The notes below the pieces were generated by a model. That model saw only the letters and a program-made list of their open reading frames with translations, was not told the DNA's origin and ran no database searches. A program made the translations under genes and the position numbers. A DNA stretch of 38,447 nucleotides from Candidatus Micrarchaeaceae archaeon (GTDB taxonomy: Archaea > Micrarchaeota > Micrarchaeia > Micrarchaeales > Micrarchaeaceae): the NCBI GenBank assembly GCA_050013715.1, contig JBEKES010000003.1:1-38447 (forward strand), read 5' to 3'. How positions within the stretch are numbered: the first letter of the stretch is position 1; each line of letters begins with the position of its first letter. Positions 34,448 through 38,447 of the stretch are shown piece after piece.

Positions 34448-36739
34448 TCATTTCTTTTGCTTTGCTTGTTTAATTATAACAGAATTGCGTTTTGCCATAA
34501 GTGCGATTATTATTATAAGCAGTATTATTATCGCAATTAAAATTTCATCAGTAATTGATATTGTATTTGGAACTATGCTTTTTATGTTTCCGGTGCTTGC
34601 TTGGGTAGTTATGCTTATCAAATTCTTTGTTGAATTGAATTGGAAGGGCAGATTAGTTCCTGTGTCTGTTGCAGTTGCTCTAAATGCATAGGTGCCTGTC
34701 ATGTTTATTATCTTAAATTGAATGGTATTGGAGTAATTGTTGGACGAATTTAAAAATACGCTTCCTACAAGGAAATTAGACTTGTTGCTTACATTGTAGA
34801 TTTGCACATTAAATGGACCTATTCCTCCAGTAACTGCAATTGTAAATGTTTCAGTTCTATTTAATGTTAGTGAATTGCTGCTTGGTGTTATTGTAACTAT
34901 TGGCACATTCCCATTTGTATTGTTGTAATCTCCATAGACATTCACTTTTATGGGAGTAGAGTTAACGCTTCTCGAGCTGCTTTGAGCTCCAACTCCATAG
35001 GAAAAGTTACCTATTGCTTCCTTGAATGTGCATGTTGCAATGATTAATTCTTCGATATTGCTGCAAAGCTTGCCATTGATTCCATAGATAGGTGCAGAAG
35101 GAAGACCGGTTTGTCCATTTACAAAGTAAAATGAATAGAAGGAATGGCCAACATCAATTTGTACTGTAAGATTAGGAGTTGTACTGTTTGCCGTTCTAAC
35201 AGTCAATGTTTCAATCTGGCCAGCATCAAGTACCGTGTTGCTTGCCGTAAGTGATATATATGATAAAATGGAATTTGTGTTTTGCGGTATGGTAGTTGTT
35301 GCTGGTATGGTGCTTGTTGAAGTATTATTTATTTGAGTTGCATTTGTCTTGATCGCGAAGGCATCAATTCCCTGAGGAACATCAAGCTGAACTCCAGCAA
35401 GCGGCACAAAGATGAATTTAGATGCAGGTGTTATGCCAGCTAATATTGAGCTGTTGAAGTTTTTATGTAATATAATGTTTCCATTTGAAGTATTAAGCGC
35501 ATAGAAATTGCTTAGGCTATCACCGAAAAGCACAGCACCAGGAATTATTGAAACAGAGCCTGTCAATTCTCCTGGAGTGTAGAATCTCCATGCGATGGTA
35601 CTATTTGATGGATAAAACGCCTCTGTTACTCCTGCCATGTTGGGTTCAGAGACATTCTCATATGAAGAATCAACGAATATTTCAGGATTGAATGAATTAC
35701 CTGAAAGGTAAACAAACCCTCCAATTCCTCTTATGCCATCTGGCGTACCAGGATTGCTTACCGAAATGTTTTCAAGGTTTTCGCCATTTACTCTGTTTAA
35801 AACATAGTACCAGCCATTTTTATTTCCTAGACCTATGGCATTGTAGATAACTCCGTTTATCTCAACAGAAAAAAGATTTGCACTTGAGCCAAAATCATAA
35901 TCCCCTGACATCCTGTCCTCATCTGGATTCTTGTAGATTTGGTTATACCAGTTTATGTTGCCGTTCGTTGCGTTTAAAGACATTATGGAATAACCGTAAA
36001 GAGAGTTTGTACCTGCAATATAAGGATTCGAAGTTCCGAAATAAATTGAATTAAGAATAGGATCTATTGCAACTGAGCCCCATACTCCAGCTCCACCTTC
36101 ATTGCCGATCATTGTATTTACTGCCCAGACTATGTTGCCATTAGTTGTATTGAGCGCATATATTGCGCCTATCGAATTGCCGTTTATCTCCTGATCATGA
36201 AGGTCTCCTGCAACTCCGACATATAAAATTCCTTTTAAAACTATCGGAGAAGCGTATAGTTCATTTGAACTTGTTGGGAGATGTGTTTCCCAGAGTACAT
36301 CACCATTAGCTTGGGATAATGCATATACTGTTGGTTGCTGCGGATCATCTGGACCTAGGGCAACATATACCCTTCCATTTGCAACTGCAGGAGTTCCAGA
36401 TATTGAATTGCCTCCAAGGTTAACGTGCCAGTTCGGATATGCTGTTGATCCTGTTAAGATGTTCGCGGAATATACTCCTCCATTCCAATCATCAAAATAG
36501 ACACTTCCATTTACTACTATTGGAGTTGAAGTAACTGTTCCAGAAGTGATATGCCATATTTCCGTTATATTTGCTATATTGGAAGAATTAATTGTAGAAT
36601 TTGCCTGGTATCGCGTATCATTGTAATTGAACATTAGATTTGCCCAGTTGCCTCCCTTTACTGGTTGGGCATAAGATAGAATCGAAACTGGTATAAGAAT
36701 TAAAATTATTAAAATAAATTTTATCAATAATGCTTTCAA
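34448..36739 (-). CDS. PQQ-type beta-propeller surface protein with C-terminal TM anchor
   Basis: Repeated YAL(N/S)xxxGxxxW propeller blades, STPIV, GAGVWGS, DYDFGSS; signal peptide; C-terminal TM and basic tail. Confidence 0.85.
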   Translation of the reverse strand: MKALLIKFILIILILIPVSILSYAQPVKGGNWANLMFNYNDTRYQANSTINSSNIANITEIWHITSGTVTSTPIVVNGSVYFDDWNGGVYSANILTGSTAYPNWHVNLGGNSISGTPAVANGRVYVALGPDDPQQPTVYALSQANGDVLWETHLPTSSNELYASPIVLKGILYVGVAGDLHDQEINGNSIGAIYALNTTNGNIVWAVNTMIGNEGGAGVWGSVAIDPILNSIYFGTSNPYIAGTNSLYGYSIMSLNATNGNINWYNQIYKNPDEDRMSGDYDFGSSANLFSVEINGVIYNAIGLGNKNGWYYVLNRVNGENLENISVSNPGTPDGIRGIGGFVYLSGNSFNPEIFVDSSYENVSEPNMAGVTEAFYPSNSTIAWRFYTPGELTGSVSIIPGAVLFGDSLSNFYALNTSNGNIILHKNFNSSILAGITPASKFIFVPLAGVQLDVPQGIDAFAIKTNATQINNTSTSTIPATTTIPQNTNSILSYISLTASNTVLDAGQIETLTVRTANSTTPNLTVQIDVGHSFYSFYFVNGQTGLPSAPIYGINGKLCSNIEELIIATCTFKEAIGNFSYGVGAQSSSRSVNSTPIKVNVYGDYNNTNGNVPIVTITPSSNSLTLNRTETFTIAVTGGIGPFNVQIYNVSNKSNFLVGSVFLNSSNNYSNTIQFKIINMTGTYAFRATATDTGTNLPFQFNSTKNLISITTQASTGNIKSIVPNTISITDEILIAIIILLIIIIALMAKRNSVIIKQAKQKK

Positions 36740-36844
36740 TAAATCAAACCTTTAAATGCCAGAATTACAGCACATATACTCTATAAGAATGAAAAGAATA
36801 TAAATGTGCTGCTAGATTGGAAAAAGAAAAGGGTAAATATCTAT

Positions 36845-37900
36845 TTACCCATATTTTGCGAAGTCAGACGAATGTGTATCTACTACTTTTCCGTTTGTGT
36901 ACATTATGTATATTCCGTCATTTGGTACATACCACATCATTTCTGTTGTATTGACTTGTGGTGTTGGTGATGTAACTACAGTTGCACTTCCCTGTTGGCC
37001 AAAAGGCGCAAAGGATGTAACTGGTGTACCAATATTTCCGAATTGCTGGTTATAAACCATTTCGCATTGGTAGCAAGGTACTCCTCCTCCAGAACCTGAT
37101 ACAGGAACGCCTCCAGAATTACCTGATCCTCCATAACCTCCTGTTGTATTATCCAATGTAGTTATTGTTGTATTTACTGTTGAATTACTTGTTGAGTTGC
37201 TTGTGTTGTTGCAAAGTGTGCAAGGAGGAATTGTTGTTGAATTGCTTGTGTTGTTGCACGCCACGCAAGGTCCTACTGTCGAATTTGTATTAGATAGTGG
37301 TAAAACTATCAGTATTGCCTTGCTGCTGTTCATGCCATCTATGCATGCATAATAGCCATATGGGCTATCTTGAGAACCTGGGCTTTGGAAGTATACATTA
37401 CCTCCATTTGGGCCACTTACAAACCATCCTATTGTAGTTCCTGAACAACCTTGATAGTCTTTTATTGTAACTATATAACCGTTGCAATTCTCTAATCCAG
37501 ATACAATTGCATCAACAGTTGAATTTGGTCCTGTTGGATTAGGATTTAATGACAATGATGGGTTTCCTGTGCATATGTTAGGGCCTACTGCTGTTGGTCC
37601 AACTGTGCCTGTGCATCCAATGCATGGTACACATGTTGCTAAGCCTCCACAACCCTGCTGCAATGTTGTATTAACTGTTGCGCTGACAGAACATCCAATG
37701 CACGGTAAACAAGTTGCTAATCCTCCACATCCTTGATTTCCTGCTGTACTTATATTTACAGTAGTAGGAAGAATAGGAACTGTCGGACCTACGCATTGCT
37801 GTAATACATTATTGCATTGCACTGATGCAGATGCGTGTGCCACTCCCAAAGCTATTGCGAACGCGAATAGCAATACTAATATTGCCGGTAAACTTTTCAT
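36845..37900 (-). CDS. Secreted cysteine-rich repeat protein
   Basis: Signal peptide (AHA-S); QGCGGLATCxPCIGC x2; PCxxCNNTSNST x2; PCYQC. Confidence 0.8.
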   Translation of the reverse strand: MKSLPAILVLLFAFAIALGVAHASASVQCNNVLQQCVGPTVPILPTTVNISTAGNQGCGGLATCLPCIGCSVSATVNTTLQQGCGGLATCVPCIGCTGTVGPTAVGPNICTGNPSLSLNPNPTGPNSTVDAIVSGLENCNGYIVTIKDYQGCSGTTIGWFVSGPNGGNVYFQSPGSQDSPYGYYACIDGMNSSKAILIVLPLSNTNSTVGPCVACNNTSNSTTIPPCTLCNNTSNSTSNSTVNTTITTLDNTTGGYGGSGNSGGVPVSGSGGGVPCYQCEMVYNQQFGNIGTPVTSFAPFGQQGSATVVTSPTPQVNTTEMMWYVPNDGIYIMYTNGKVVDTHSSDFAKYG

Positions 37901-37921
37901 TCAATCACGCTTTAATATTAT

Positions 37922-38447
37922 CTATAATTTCGGCCAGCCTGTTCCTTTCTTGCTTTGCTGGCTTCTTCTTGCAAGTATTTTCTTAACAACAGCCTTGTTC
38001 TTATTGTTGCCCTTTCTTCCGTATAATCCTATCCCTATTAGTGCAGCTATTATGACTACTGCAGCAACAGGTATCAAATAATTATTGTAACTGCTTGCTT
38101 TCTTTGAGCTGCTTGATTCTATTATTACAGGTGCAATTGTTGTGCTGGCTGCTGGCTTCTGCTGTTGTGGTTGTGAAGGAACCATAAGTGCAACAATGGG
38201 ATCTGCAGGTATCGAGAACGACACCGTGCATGCCTTTGCATTTATTGAATATGGTGTTATTGCCTTCCATATTCCGTTTTCAAGTATATATGGCTCTACA
38301 TTTGTAAGACTGCATTGGAATTTTTCAACTACATTCAATGTTGTTGCATTTGTCAAGTTAGTTGAAGTGATGTTTATTACCAAATACTTCGTAAGTCCGT
38401 TTGGAGCTGCTGGAGTATTAGATACAATTCCCAATGCAATAAGTTTT
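37922..38447 (-). CDS. C-terminal part of a membrane-anchored surface protein (runs off the window edge); paralog of the 28516 protein
   Basis: Shared domain (C..L.NG.W..I..(F/Y)..NA..C..S..IP...VV.L), TM helix and basic tail. Confidence 0.75.
   Translation of the reverse strand, partial: KLIALGIVSNTPAAPNGLTKYLVINITSTNLTNATTLNVVEKFQCSLTNVEPYILENGIWKAITPYSINAKACTVSFSIPADPIVALMVPSQPQQQKPAASTTIAPVIIESSSSKKASSYNNYLIPVAAVVIIAALIGIGLYGRKGNNKNKAVVKKILARRSQQSKKGTGWPKL

Overview
Archaeal chromosomal window, most likely DPANN (Micrarchaeota-like). This is inferred from the split rpoB/rpoA operon, archaeal-type ProRS, Hjc, Hef, Sm, TATA + GTGAT leaders and many lineage-style surface proteins; it was not checked by search. 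Core genes are the RNA polymerase operon rpoH-B''-B'-A'-A'' (minus strand), lsm, hjc, hef, proS and three tRNAs: Ala-GGC with a 40-nt T-loop intron, Phe-GAA and Gly-GCC. The right third is a cluster of Ser/Thr-rich, Cys-rich, beta-propeller and glycoside-hydrolase-like surface proteins. The most striking non-coding structure lies behind tRNA-Phe. Single orphan genes there are separated by progressively shorter copies of the tRNA 3' end, and each copy is followed by a (TC/TA)GACGACAA motif. An ~80-bp 'TCGACG repeat + promoter + RBS' module recurs directly after tRNA-Gly in front of an unrelated orphan gene. Together this resembles an integron-like, tRNA-anchored gene-cassette system, with no integrase in the window. 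Also present are a ~610-bp non-autonomous transposon (19-bp perfect TIRs, 8-9-bp target duplication, transposase remnant, passenger gene) and a secreted beta-barrel-like protein unexpected in an archaeon.
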